The translations under genes were made by a program, and so were the position numbers. This document shows positions 19,203 through 28,175 of a stretch of 64,000 bases of DNA, piece after piece; position 1 is the first letter of the stretch, and each line of letters begins with the position of its first letter. The stretch comes from a virus (Duplodnaviria > Caudoviricetes): the IMG/VR virus record IMGVR_UViG_643348564_000006, positions 941 to 64,940 of that record, one strand, 5' to 3'. The notes below the pieces were generated by a model that saw only the letters and a list, made by a program, of their open reading frames with translations, was not told where the DNA came from and searched no databases.

Positions 19203-22200
19203 TTAGGCAGTGCGGCGGGCGCCCGCGGCGTGCAACATACCGCCCGGCCGCATCTGCTGCTGGGCGGTCGCCATCCACATCCGCTCGAACTCCGCCCGCA
19301 TGGCCTTGGCGTTCGCCTCGGCCGCGCGCTGGTCGGCCTGCTCGTCGCCGGTCGACTGCGAGGTGATCTGGGCGATGAAGGTCGGGCCAGCCGCAGGCTG
19401 GTTATTGTTCGCGGGCGCGGGCGCGCCGGCGGGCATCGCCGGATAATCCGCTGGGCCGACATAGCCGCCGTCCGCGTAGCCGCGCAGGCGGCCCCGCAGC
19501 GCCTCCAGATAGCCCACGCCGACCCGCGAGACCGACGCGGCATCGAACACATACTCGCCGCGGTGGACGATGCCGGCGGGCTCGAAGCGGCCGCCCGCGC
19601 CGGTGTATCCGCCGTCGGCAAAGCCGAAGAACTTGGAGATGGTGCTGAAGAAGCTGGCAGCGGACGCTGCCGATGGCATATCGGGACCGTAGCCGCCCTG
19701 CGCCATCGTCGGCAGGCCGCGCGAGCCGCCGCCGATGCCGTCGAACAAGCCGCTGACCAGGGCGTCGATGCTCTTGTTCAGCAGCTTGTCGATGATGCGC
19801 TGGAGGGCGTTGTTGAGGGCCTCGGCGGCCGTCGCGCCGCGCATCATGTCGGAGGCGAAGCCGGAGAAGGCCTCCTTCGCGAGATCCTTCGTCTGCTTCA
19901 GATTGTCGTTCAGCTGCGCTTGCTGAATGGCTGCCTGCGCGGCCGGGCTCGACACGTCGCCGAATGCGCTGCGGGCCCGGCTGTAGGCCGCCTGCTCGCT
20001 GTCGGTGCGCCCCAGCTGCTCGCGTTCGAACCGGAGGTCGGCGCCAAGGCGGGTCGAGGCGAGCGCGCGGCTCGCCTGGGCCGTCGCCAGCGCGCTGGCG
20101 TAGACCGATTTCCGGTACTCGTCGGTGATGGGGATGCCGGCGAGCATATCGCGCTGAAGGCGCTCGTCCGCGGCGTTGCGCGCCTCCAGAGCGACCGCGT
20201 CGCGGCCATAAAGCTCCGTCGAGTTCTGGACGGCGCGGTTCTGCAACTCCAAGGCCGCCGTGCGCTCACGCTCGGCCTTGAGCTGCTCGTCCAGGCCGGG
20301 GGGGCGGGTCGTAATCGCCGGGATGTATTTCTGGGTTTCCTTCGGGAGGGTGCTGATGTCCTCGCCGCTGGCCAGGAACCGCTGAACCCGCCTGGGGCCG
20401 GCATTGTACCCGATCATGGTGAGGTCTTCGCGCTGATTGTACTGCCGCATCAGCTGCGAGAGCAGACGCGCCGAGGCGTCGAGGTTTTCGTCCGGATCCC
20501 AGACGTTGCGGACCCCCAACCCGCGCGCCGTGTCAGGCATCAGCTGGCCCATGCCCTGCGCGCCGGCTTTAGACAGCGCGTTCGGGTTGAATCCGCTCTC
20601 CTGCTTGATCAACGAGGCGAAGAAGTCCGCGTTCAGGCCGTACCGATTGGCGGCATGGTAGACCATATCACGGTATCGATCTGGCACCTGATTGATGCTG
20701 ATCGCGTAGCGGCCGCTGCTGTTGTTGTAAGTTTCCTTCTTGATCCGGTCCGTGTCGAGCTGCAGCTCCCGCGCGAGTCCCTCGCGGGTTAGGGCGTTCT
20801 GGAGCGCCTCATCGCGGGACTTCGTCAGGCTGGCAAGGTCCCTCGAGTCCGCATTCGCGATGCGGCCCTCGTAGTCTGCCCGGATCTGGGCCGAGGACAG
20901 GCCGTTCGGGTCGATGCCCCGGGCCTGGAGCTCGTCGAGATATCTCTGCTGGCCTCGGGCCACTTCCTTGGCGACCGGGGAGAATCCGACGGTGCGGTTG
21001 TTGAACTCGGCCGCCCGCACAGATGCCGCAACGGACACATCGCCGAACCGCGCGATGTCGTCGGCCGTCGTCCTTGCGAGGCGGCTAAGCCGCTGGAACA
21101 GCTGCTCCGCCGCGGCCAGCTGGGCTAGATCGAGACCCCACCGCACCGGGACGCTGATCGCCTTTCGCAACTGCTCGGCGGCGTCCTCGGTTTTCTTCAG
21201 CTCCTGGCGGCTGGGATCGAAGGACCGCACCAGATCCCCGATCACGAGGCTGTTCCGGTTCGCGGAGGCCCGCTCGTTGGCCTTGTTGCGCTGGTCGACG
21301 AGGGCCTGGATCCGCCGTAGGTTCGCCTCGGCCGCCTCCAGTTCGTCAGCGGTCCGCCCAGGGGACAGCGAGCCAAGCCAGCTCTCTCTCTGCGTCCGCG
21401 CGTCCTGGGCCCACCGCTGGGCGTCGGCTAGCTGCTGATCGAGGTTGCCGCCGGTCAGCACCCGATCGACCTTCTGGCCGATCGTGTCCCAGAAGCTCGA
21501 GATCGCGTTGCCAGCGGTGGTGGTGATCCTGGCCCATCCGCTGGTCAGATCCGATGCCTTCTGGAGGCTGGACGAGTAGGCATCGAGCAGCACGCGCTGG
21601 GCGCCCAGGCGGTCGCCCTGGGCTTGCAGCCGCTGGATCGTCTCCCGGGTCCGGTCGTTCAGGAAGCCGAGCTTCTCGTTCAGCATGTCGGCGCCACGGG
21701 ACGGATCCGCGAACGCCTGGGCCTGCATCTGCGCCACGTCAGCGAGGTCCTGGCCGGTGGTCGCGGCGAAGTCCTTGGCCGTCCGGGCGAGCCCGTCGAA
21801 CATCTCCCGACCGATCCGGCCGGTCGAGGCATAGACCCCGGCGAGCTCGCGGTACTGGCGCGTGGAGAGGCCCGCCGCGGCAGCGTTGGCGCTTGCCATT
21901 GCGTTGACCTCGGCAACCGTGGTGCCCGACGCGCGGCCGACGCCGGCGAGGCTCTGCGCTAGCTCTCGCTGCGAACTCGAATAGGACTGCTGGGCCACGA
22001 TCGCCGTGACCGCGGCGGCCGTGAGCCCGCCGAGCGCGCCGCCTACGATGCCGATCCGCGCGGCGAGGCTCGTGGCGGCATCCCCCGCGGCCTTGAACAT
22101 GCCGGTGATGCTGGCGCCGCCAGGGCCGAAGACCTGGGCGATCTGCGGGCCCTGCTGCATCAGGATCATCGCCGGGCTCGCGCCCGAGGCCGCCGAGGAG

Positions 22201-22685
22201 AGGATGTCGCCGGCCTGGAAGGTCAGGTTGCGGATCTCGTCCACGCGCGGCGCCCGCCCGGCCTGGGAGGTGGACGGTGCGGCGCCGGTGCTCGACAGGC
22301 TGCCCAGCCGCGCAGCGGCCTGAGCGTTGAGATGCGCCTGCCGGCCCGCCTCACCGAGCGCCTTCCAGCCGGCCGCCTGACGCGCGAGCGCCGCGGTGGT
22401 GTCATTGACCGCCCGGGTGGTCTCGCCCTGGCGGGTCACATAGTTCCCGAGATTACTCCCCGCCGCGCTGATCTGGGCGGCCAAATCCCGGTGCGCGGTC
22501 GCGGCCGCCCGTGCCCCGGTCGTCGTCTGCGTGAGCGCAGCCCCGGCCCGCGCCGCGCTCGCTTGGAGCGCCTGCGCGGCGGACTCGGCACCGCCAGCGG
22601 CCTGCTGGAGGTTGCCGAGCGCGGTTGCTGCCTCTACGGCAGGGCGCGCGTCGATCGCGAGGCCGAGAGTAGCGAGGTCAGTCAT
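19203..22685 (-). CDS. Tape measure protein with soluble lytic transglycosylase domain
   Basis: 1160 aa Ala-rich; QQGPQIAQ lambda-type TMP motif; LIKQESGFNPNALS.AGAQG.GQLMP..A..YNAG SLT motif at about 20330-20680. Confidence 0.95.
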   Translation of the reverse strand: MTDLATLGLAIDARPAVEAATALGNLQQAAGGAESAAQALQASAARAGAALTQTTTGARAAATAHRDLAAQISAAGSNLGNYVTRQGETTRAVNDTTAALARQAAGWKALGEAGRQAHLNAQAAARLGSLSSTGAAPSTSQAGRAPRVDEIRNLTFQAGDILSSAASGASPAMILMQQGPQIAQVFGPGGASITGMFKAAGDAATSLAARIGIVGGALGGLTAAAVTAIVAQQSYSSSQRELAQSLAGVGRASGTTVAEVNAMASANAAAAGLSTRQYRELAGVYASTGRIGREMFDGLARTAKDFAATTGQDLADVAQMQAQAFADPSRGADMLNEKLGFLNDRTRETIQRLQAQGDRLGAQRVLLDAYSSSLQKASDLTSGWARITTTAGNAISSFWDTIGQKVDRVLTGGNLDQQLADAQRWAQDARTQRESWLGSLSPGRTADELEAAEANLRRIQALVDQRNKANERASANRNSLVIGDLVRSFDPSRQELKKTEDAAEQLRKAISVPVRWGLDLAQLAAAEQLFQRLSRLARTTADDIARFGDVSVAASVRAAEFNNRTVGFSPVAKEVARGQQRYLDELQARGIDPNGLSSAQIRADYEGRIANADSRDLASLTKSRDEALQNALTREGLARELQLDTDRIKKETYNNSSGRYAISINQVPDRYRDMVYHAANRYGLNADFFASLIKQESGFNPNALSKAGAQGMGQLMPDTARGLGVRNVWDPDENLDASARLLSQLMRQYNQREDLTMIGYNAGPRRVQRFLASGEDISTLPKETQKYIPAITTRPPGLDEQLKAERERTAALELQNRAVQNSTELYGRDAVALEARNAADERLQRDMLAGIPITDEYRKSVYASALATAQASRALASTRLGADLRFEREQLGRTDSEQAAYSRARSAFGDVSSPAAQAAIQQAQLNDNLKQTKDLAKEAFSGFASDMMRGATAAEALNNALQRIIDKLLNKSIDALVSGLFDGIGGGSRGLPTMAQGGYGPDMPSAASAASFFSTISKFFGFADGGYTGAGGRFEPAGIVHRGEYVFDAASVSRVGVGYLEALRGRLRGYADGGYVGPADYPAMPAGAPAPANNNQPAAGPTFIAQITSQSTGDEQADQRAAEANAKAMRAEFERMWMATAQQQMRPGGMLHAAGARRTA

Positions 22686-22926
22686 GAAGTGGGTGCTTCT
22701 CTGGATAGCGATAGGAGCAAATGGCGATCTGACGAGCGGATCCGCTCAGTTCGATACAATTGACGCATGTTACGCCGCCGAGAAGGCGTACAAGGCTATG
22801 TATAAAGATTATGATTTTCGCAATATAACGGCGGGGAGGCGAACAATTTACAACGATGTAAGAACGGTTTGTATCAATTCAGAAAAAGGCGACGCCATGT
22901 CGATTATAAGCCCGCCCGCCAAATAG
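22684..22926 (+). CDS. Low-GC hypothetical moron protein (80 aa)
   Basis: MKWVLLWIAIGANG..C..C; AT-richer than flanks; opposite strand to tail operon. Confidence 0.5.
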   Translation: MKWVLLWIAIGANGDLTSGSAQFDTIDACYAAEKAYKAMYKDYDFRNITAGRRTIYNDVRTVCINSEKGDAMSIISPPAK

Positions 22927-23003
22927 CATTCTGGCTTGAACTTGGGAGCGAGGCGGATCACACCGCCTCGCCCTTGGCACAGATGGGCTGCAAGCCACTC
23001 ACT

Positions 23004-23058
23004 AAGTACGGCCAGACCGCACTTTTCGCTTGACACAACTACGGCCAGCCCGTAGTTT
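23004..23058 (+). promoter_or_regulatory. Sigma70-type promoter of the TA operon with two palindromic operator copies
   Basis: TTGACA (23030-35), 17 bp, TAGTTT (23053-58); palindromes AAGTACGG-N5-CCGCACTT (23004-24) and AACTACGG-N5-CCGTAGTT (23037-57). Confidence 0.8.
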
Positions 23059-23064
23059 CTTATC

Positions 23065-23427
23065 ATGCAGACCGTCATCGAAACCGCTCATTTCCTGCGC
23101 CGCGCCGATGCGAGCGGCATGACGGAGGCCGATCGCGCTGCGCTCGTCACGATGATCGCTCGGCACCCGGACGCAGGCGATGTCATCGCCGGGACCGGTG
23201 GGGTGCGGAAGGTGCGCTTCGGCGCAGAGGGACGGGGCAAGAGCGGAAGCCATCGCGTCATCACCTTCTTCACCGGGCCGGACCTGCCGGTCTTCCTGAT
23301 CACCATCTACTCCAAAGGCGAGAAGGCGAACCTCAGCAAGGCCGAGCGGAACGATCTGGCAAAGCTGACGAAGATCCTGGTTGAGACATACCGCGCGAAG
23401 GTGCGGCCATTGCGGGCAGTGGAGTGA
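23065..23427 (+). CDS. higB: RelE/HigB-family toxin
   Basis: GDVI.GTGGVRKVR..GKSG..RVI..VFLITIY.K.EKANL; toxin-first order. Confidence 0.88.
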   Translation: MQTVIETAHFLRRADASGMTEADRAALVTMIARHPDAGDVIAGTGGVRKVRFGAEGRGKSGSHRVITFFTGPDLPVFLITIYSKGEKANLSKAERNDLAKLTKILVETYRAKVRPLRAVE

Positions 23428-23726
23428 AACAGATGACGAAGCGAGTGTTCGAAGACATCAAGGCCGGACTGGAGGAAGCCATTGCGATCGCGCAGGGTGA
23501 CATCGGCGAGGCCCGCATTCACGTTCCCTCCTCGATCGACGTGCGTGGCCTGCGTAAGCGTCTTGGGCTCACCCAGGGCCAGTTCGCCGACCGTTATGGC
23601 TTCTCGATCGGCGCGGTGCGGGATTGGGAGCAGGGCCGCGCCACACCCGAGGGGGCAACACGCGCATTTCTCCTTGTGATCGAGCGCGAGCCGGAGGCAG
23701 TCGAGCGGGCCCTTCGGGCGGCCTGA
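23424..23726 (+). CDS. higA: HigA-type XRE HTH antitoxin
   Basis: I.AGLEEAIA..DVRGLRKRLGLTQ.QFA..YG..V.DWEQGR..P; GTGA overlap with toxin. Confidence 0.88.
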   Translation: MKQMTKRVFEDIKAGLEEAIAIAQGDIGEARIHVPSSIDVRGLRKRLGLTQGQFADRYGFSIGAVRDWEQGRATPEGATRAFLLVIEREPEAVERALRAA

Positions 23727-23747
23727 GCACTCCCGCCCCTCCCTGGC

Positions 23748-24149
23748 TCACGCATCGATCACCGTCCCGAAGCGGTCAAAGGCCCGCTCGAAGGCGTCCA
23801 CGTCCGAGGCGGATGCCAGCCGGGTGACGGTGGGTCTCTCGGGGTCGTCGGGCTTGGGGAAGGCGGCGCGGCGGGCGCGGTCCATCGCCAGGATGATCCG
23901 CACCTCCCAGGGCCGCAACCGGACGTCCATGGTCCGGCAGTAGGCGTCGATCTCTTGGTAGGTGAAGGAGAGGGCCCCCCAACCCGCCTGCCGCGTCTCC
24001 TCCAGCTCCCAGAACACGTCCCAGAGGTAGGCGCCGCCGGGCGGCACCCGCTCTAGGGATTTGGCGAGGGGAACTTTCGCGGTCTGCGCGAGGGTGATGC
24101 GCCGGACCTCGGCGCACAGCCGCTCGGTCAGCCGCGCCCGAAGTTTCCC
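23748..24149 (-). CDS. Tail assembly chaperone, frameshift extension (gpGT-like)
   Basis: The -1 frame is open from the GGGAAAC site through YLWDVFWEL..EIDAY..WEV..I.AMD. Confidence 0.75.
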   Translation of the reverse strand, partial: GKLRARLTERLCAEVRRITLAQTAKVPLAKSLERVPPGGAYLWDVFWELEETRQAGWGALSFTYQEIDAYCRTMDVRLRPWEVRIILAMDRARRAAFPKPDDPERPTVTRLASASDVDAFERAFDRFGTVIDA

Positions 24150-24517
24150 CGCATCGCGGTGAAGCCGAGCACCTGATCCGCGAACCAGGGCCGCTTGGTG
24201 CCGAGCTCGATCGCGGCCTCGAGGCTGAACTCGATCGGTGAGCCGCCGAAGCCGATGTTCGTCCAGCCGGTGATGGCCGCCGCCGCGTTGCGGGCCCGCG
24301 ACAGCATCAGCTGGGTGTCCTCGTCGGCCGGCTCCCGCTCGGGCGCGGCCGCCACCATGTCGCGGATCCGGCGCAGGTTGGCCCGGTACTGCGCCGACTC
24401 CTGCCCGATGACTCGCAGGACGGCATCGGTCGGCTTGCCGGTCTTGGGGTCGTGCACGGTCATCTCGGCGCCGCGCGTGGCCTCGGCATCCAGATCATAG
24501 TCAGCAAGATCAAGCAT
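24128..24517 (-). CDS. Tail assembly chaperone (gpG-like)
   Basis: 129 aa between tail tube and TMP; ends at slippery site. Confidence 0.8.
   Translation of the reverse strand: MLDLADYDLDAEATRGAEMTVHDPKTGKPTDAVLRVIGQESAQYRANLRRIRDMVAAAPEREPADEDTQLMLSRARNAAAAITGWTNIGFGGSPIEFSLEAAIELGTKRPWFADQVLGFTAMRGNFGRG
24143..24149 (-). other. Programmed -1 frameshift slippery site G GGA AAC
   Basis: XXXYYYZ heptamer just before the chaperone stop; -1 frame joins ORF 23748..24047. Confidence 0.8.
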
Positions 24518-24552
24518 AATCCCTCGGTCCTCCGTTTCCCTTCACGGTCGGC

Positions 24553-25029
24553 TTAGGTCGCCGCCACGCGGTAGATCGGCGTGTTGATGCCGACGTTGAT
24601 GTTCATGGTGATGGCATTGTTGGCCGCGCCGGGGTTCTCGCGGCAGGACATGACCTGCCCGGCGAAGTAACGCTTGCCGTTGGTCCCGGTCGCTGTCTTC
24701 TTGTTCGGGTATTCGATATAAAAGGCGTAATCGAAGTTGGTCGCCGCAGCGGCAATCGCCGCCTCCTGACCCGGATCGCCGTCCTTCAGATCGACCACGA
24801 ACGACGGCGTGCCAGCGTCCTTGGTGCCCTTGGCCTTGAGAGTGCGGCTGTTCCCAAGTTGGTTCGAGGTGATCGACGTGGCCTCGTCACCAAAGGACCC
24901 GAGATCCTTCAGGCCCTTGATCTCGGTGAAGGCCAGTCCGGAGAGATCATCGACGGCGTCGATGGTGTCGATGTCGATGCTCGGCCCGATGAACAGCTTC
25001 GAGCCGTTGGACGGCGTGAACCCGGACAT
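24553..25029 (-). CDS. Major tail tube protein
   Basis: MSGFTPSNG start with GGAGG; FGDEA..K.KGT.DAG..DPGQ..YFAGQVMS motifs. Confidence 0.85.
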   Translation of the reverse strand: MSGFTPSNGSKLFIGPSIDIDTIDAVDDLSGLAFTEIKGLKDLGSFGDEATSITSNQLGNSRTLKAKGTKDAGTPSFVVDLKDGDPGQEAAIAAAATNFDYAFYIEYPNKKTATGTNGKRYFAGQVMSCRENPGAANNAITMNINVGINTPIYRVAAT

Positions 25030-25107
25030 GATGGTGCCCTCCTGGGACATGGTGAGAGACCGCACTCAGGCGGTAGGGACGGGCTGAGCCCGAACTCGGG
25101 GGGCGGA

Positions 25108-25542
25108 TCAGGGGGCAGCGGGGACGCCGACGCGCCAGCGGACGGTCACCGGGAAGCGCACCCAGGGGGCGTCGTCGATGGGCCCGGCAACCTCGGGGGT
25201 CTCGTCGATGCAGACGGTGAGGTCGTTGCGCCAAAGGCGCGTGCCAGCCGCGAACGCTTGGCGGACCTGGGCGGCGACCTGAAGCGGCTTCACGAAGCCC
25301 TGGCCCGCCGGCCACACGACCGAGAGCTGAAACAGCCCAAGGTGGGTCACGTCACTGTCGAAGGGCAAACCGTCGAGGCGCGACGTATTTGGGAAATAGT
25401 CGACCGCGAGGAAGGGCTTGCCCTGCTCTGGCGTGAACGCGACCCCCGGCATCGCCACCCTCAGTGCCGGGTCGAAGGTCTGCTGCGACACGTACCAGAC
25501 CAGTGCGTCGTAGATCCGAGCCTCAACGCCGGTCACGGCCAT
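25108..25542 (-). CDS. Tail terminator/completion protein (DUF4128-like)
   Basis: GVAFTP..GLFQLSVVWPAGQG..F..G..PVTVRW; position before tail tube. Confidence 0.75.
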   Translation of the reverse strand: MAVTGVEARIYDALVWYVSQQTFDPALRVAMPGVAFTPEQGKPFLAVDYFPNTSRLDGLPFDSDVTHLGLFQLSVVWPAGQGFVKPLQVAAQVRQAFAAGTRLWRNDLTVCIDETPEVAGPIDDAPWVRFPVTVRWRVGVPAAP

Positions 25543-25559
25543 GTGCTACGCTCCCGGCG

Positions 25560-25895
25560 ATGTCCGATCCCGCCGACCACCCGCTCACCGATGAAGACGT
25601 GCACGAGCGGCTGCACGCAGCCCTGGAGGCGCTTGGCCATGGCCGGCCGGTCACGGTGCGGGGCCGAACCCTGATGGAAGCCGCCCGCACCGCCCTCGTC
25701 ACGATGCAGCTCGCGCTGGTCTATGCGATGGAGCATGGCGAAGATCGGATCCGCTGCCTGATCACCGACGACGAGGACGGTTCTGGCCCGCCTGATTCGC
25801 CGCCACCGCCGCCTGCGCGTCCCGCGCCGCCTCCTCGACGAGGCGGGGCCACTGCTGCGCGGCGCGCCGGGTCCAGCCGAGGCCGGCCTGATTGA
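25560..25895 (+). CDS. Possible antisense hypothetical protein
   Basis: MSDPADHPLTDEDVHERLHAAL..; fills the 25543-25761 gap but its 3' end overlaps the opposite gene. Confidence 0.35.
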   Translation: MSDPADHPLTDEDVHERLHAALEALGHGRPVTVRGRTLMEAARTALVTMQLALVYAMEHGEDRIRCLITDDEDGSGPPDSPPPPPARPAPPPRRGGATAARRAGSSRGRPD

Positions 25896-26310
25896 TGTTG
25901 CGGCCCAGGCTGTCCTGGCCAACGAATCCGTACTCGAGCCGTCGCGCGTAGGCGGTGGTGTAGGCCGCAGTGATCACGTCGCCGGCATGGGCGGTGGCGA
26001 TGGTGCTGATCACCATGCTCTCATCCCATGTCGTGGTGGGGTGCTTGGGCTCCTCCTCGCGCGGCTGCGGCGGCGGGCCGTTGACCACGACGACAAGCGA
26101 GGCGCGCAGGGCGCCGGTATCCAGGGGCACGTAGCTGCCCGGGGTCTGCATCAGCTGGATCAGGCGCAGGGTCGCCGTCCGGAACACGGCATCCATGCGC
26201 GCCTTGGTCTGCTGCACCCAGGCGTCCACGTCGGCAGCAAACCGGGCCTGCCCCTGCGACGCTCGTCCGGAACGAAGGAAGACGCCTGCGGTGGGTCCGG
26301 AGCTCGCCAT
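25762..26310 (-). CDS. HK97 gp10-like neck/tail completion protein
   Basis: P.DTGALRAS..YARRLEYG..W...AAQQW motifs. Confidence 0.8.
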   Translation of the reverse strand: MASSGPTAGVFLRSGRASQGQARFAADVDAWVQQTKARMDAVFRTATLRLIQLMQTPGSYVPLDTGALRASLVVVVNGPPPQPREEEPKHPTTTWDESMVISTIATAHAGDVITAAYTTAYARRLEYGFVGQDSLGRNINQAGLGWTRRAAQQWPRLVEEAARDAQAAVAANQAGQNRPRRR

Positions 26311-27317
26311 CAGGTGAGCCCCGCAAAGAAGTCGACGGCCGTCGACATCCAGCACCGGCAGCACACGGTCTCCTCTGCTGGGGCCGCCGGATCGCACGGA
26401 TAGGCGAGGAAGGCGCCAGAAGGTGACCGAAACATCGAGCGGAACGGCACGCGCTGTCCGTCGAGCACGCTGTGGGTATGGCGCACGCGCTCATCCTTGG
26501 CCGAGTGCCACACCTTCGACACCAGCGCCTCGCTCACCTCGCCCCGCTCAATCATCTGCCGGGCCGACTCGAACGCTGCCGCGTTCATCGCCCGCAGCGT
26601 CTCGGTCCTGGCGATGGTGATGGCGCGGTGCCGCAGGGCGCGATTGCGGTAGGCGGCGACCAGCTTGGTGATCGTCTCGGCTGGAATCGGCTGCCCGCTC
26701 TTGATCGCCTTCGTGACTGCGCCGTCAAAACGGCGGTCCCTGAGCTTCCGCGTCAGCGCCGCCGGATTGCCACTGGCAAGCTCCTCCGCGTAGCGGCGGC
26801 ACCAGCCCTCCTGGCTCGCCGTCAGACCAATCGCGCCGCCCTCACGCCGCCCTGTGGCGGGGTTGATGCGGCCGACGAGATCCAGCGCCGTCGCCTTCGG
26901 GTTGCGACCCGCCGCGGTGCCGGCAGCGAGAACATCACGGATCAGAACGCGCTGGTCGTCGGTGATCTCGCGGATGAGCGTGCTGGAATACGAGCGCAGC
27001 CATCCCTCCGCGGTGGGGTTGCGCATGTCGAACTGCACGACAAAGCGCGATTGGCCCGGCACCTTCGCGCCCGCAGCGGCGTTCTCGCCGCCTGCCTCGT
27101 AAGCGTCCGAGATGGCGCGATCGAGCGGGCGGAACGAGGCCGGGTTGATCTTGAGTTCGGCCAGGATGCCGTCCACGTCATTCGCCTCCGCGAGTTCCAC
27201 CAGCCGCGCCATTCTGGCCGGATTGCGGATCGTGCGAATGCTCTCCTCGAAGGCTTTGCGGACCTCCGGCTCCCATTTGGCGACGAGATCGGGGATGCGG
27301 ATCGGTGTCCGAGCCAT
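26310..27317 (-). CDS. Phage head morphogenesis protein (MuF/SPP1 gp7-like)
   Basis: RAITIARTE..K.WHSAKD.RVR.TH..LDGQ..F...L.YP.D..E...CRC. Confidence 0.88.
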   Translation of the reverse strand: MARTPIRIPDLVAKWEPEVRKAFEESIRTIRNPARMARLVELAEANDVDGILAELKINPASFRPLDRAISDAYEAGGENAAAGAKVPGQSRFVVQFDMRNPTAEGWLRSYSSTLIREITDDQRVLIRDVLAAGTAAGRNPKATALDLVGRINPATGRREGGAIGLTASQEGWCRRYAEELASGNPAALTRKLRDRRFDGAVTKAIKSGQPIPAETITKLVAAYRNRALRHRAITIARTETLRAMNAAAFESARQMIERGEVSEALVSKVWHSAKDERVRHTHSVLDGQRVPFRSMFRSPSGAFLAYPCDPAAPAEETVCCRCWMSTAVDFFAGLT

Positions 27318-27547
27318 CACGCCCGCTCCCGGCAGGGGCCGAGCCCGCAGACAGCGCAGTGGCTCGGGGCGGTCTTGTCCTGGGCCAACAGGATCTCGCG
27401 GCACACCGCCGGGCCGGGACGGCTCGCGGACGGGGAGATGATGAGCAAGGCGACCTCGCAGGGCACGACCGCGCGGATCGCCTCGGCGGCCGCCTCGGCC
27501 GCCCGATGGCCATCGCGACCCGGGTCGGGGACGATCAGAACGCGCAT
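27317..27547 (-). CDS. Small hypothetical protein with CxxC
   Basis: Coupled (TGATG) to both neighbours; CAVCGLGPC. Confidence 0.5.
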   Translation of the reverse strand: MRVLIVPDPGRDGHRAAEAAAEAIRAVVPCEVALLIISPSASRPGPAVCREILLAQDKTAPSHCAVCGLGPCRERA

Positions 27548-27918
27548 CAGAGGCGGCACCTCAGAACCCACGCGGCGCCCGCCGGGTCGGAGCTAACGGC
27601 TGGCGCGCTGCCGCCGGACGAGGCGATGGTGAGGGTCTGCCCGCCAATCGTGATCCGGCCGCCCTCTACAGGCTGGACGTCGAGGGTCTTGGTGAGCACC
27701 ATGACCTTCCAATCCTTCGCCGCGACGAGGCCGCCCTGGCGCTCGTAGGCGGTCCACTCGTCGCGCTGGGCTTTGCAGGGGAAGGTCTGTGGCGCGCCCG
27801 GCGTTGGGTCGTAGCTCGGCCCGGACGCCGGCCCGTCGACCTCATAGACGGCGTCGACGTACATCCAGGAGAAGGCCGCGCCGAACACGCCCGCGAGGCC
27901 ACCGTCGAGCAGGCCCAT
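27547..27918 (-). CDS. Head closure/head-tail joining protein
   Basis: MGLLDG..SSDPAGAAWVLRCR; position. Confidence 0.7.
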   Translation of the reverse strand: MGLLDGGLAGVFGAAFSWMYVDAVYEVDGPASGPSYDPTPGAPQTFPCKAQRDEWTAYERQGGLVAAKDWKVMVLTKTLDVQPVEGGRITIGGQTLTIASSGGSAPAVSSDPAGAAWVLRCRL

Positions 27919-28175
27919 CAGCCGAACATCACTTCTGGCATATCGATCTTGACGACGCCGCGCCACCACTCGCGGCGGACCTCGTTGCCATCGACGACAG
28001 GATGGCCATTCCCATCCACGACCCCGACAAGCACCTCGCCGAGTTCCTCGTCGGCGGTGATGCACCGGAAGACCTCCTGGCCATTCAGGGTCACCTTGAT
28101 CGCCGCAGGCGGGCCGCCCCACTGCAGCAGGGTGCGGTAGCCGCTATCGCGCTCGTCGACCGAAATTCGCATCAC
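27918..28175 (-). CDS. Hypothetical protein
   Basis: 85 aa coupled to neighbours; V.LNG.EV..CITADEE.G.V. Confidence 0.6.
   Translation of the reverse strand: MMRISVDERDSGYRTLLQWGGPPAAIKVTLNGQEVFRCITADEELGEVLVGVVDGNGHPVVDGNEVRREWWRGVVKIDMPEVMFG

Noticed and set aside
19104-22763. Plus-strand ORFs opposite the tape measure gene
   Set aside because: Antisense shadows without recognisable domains
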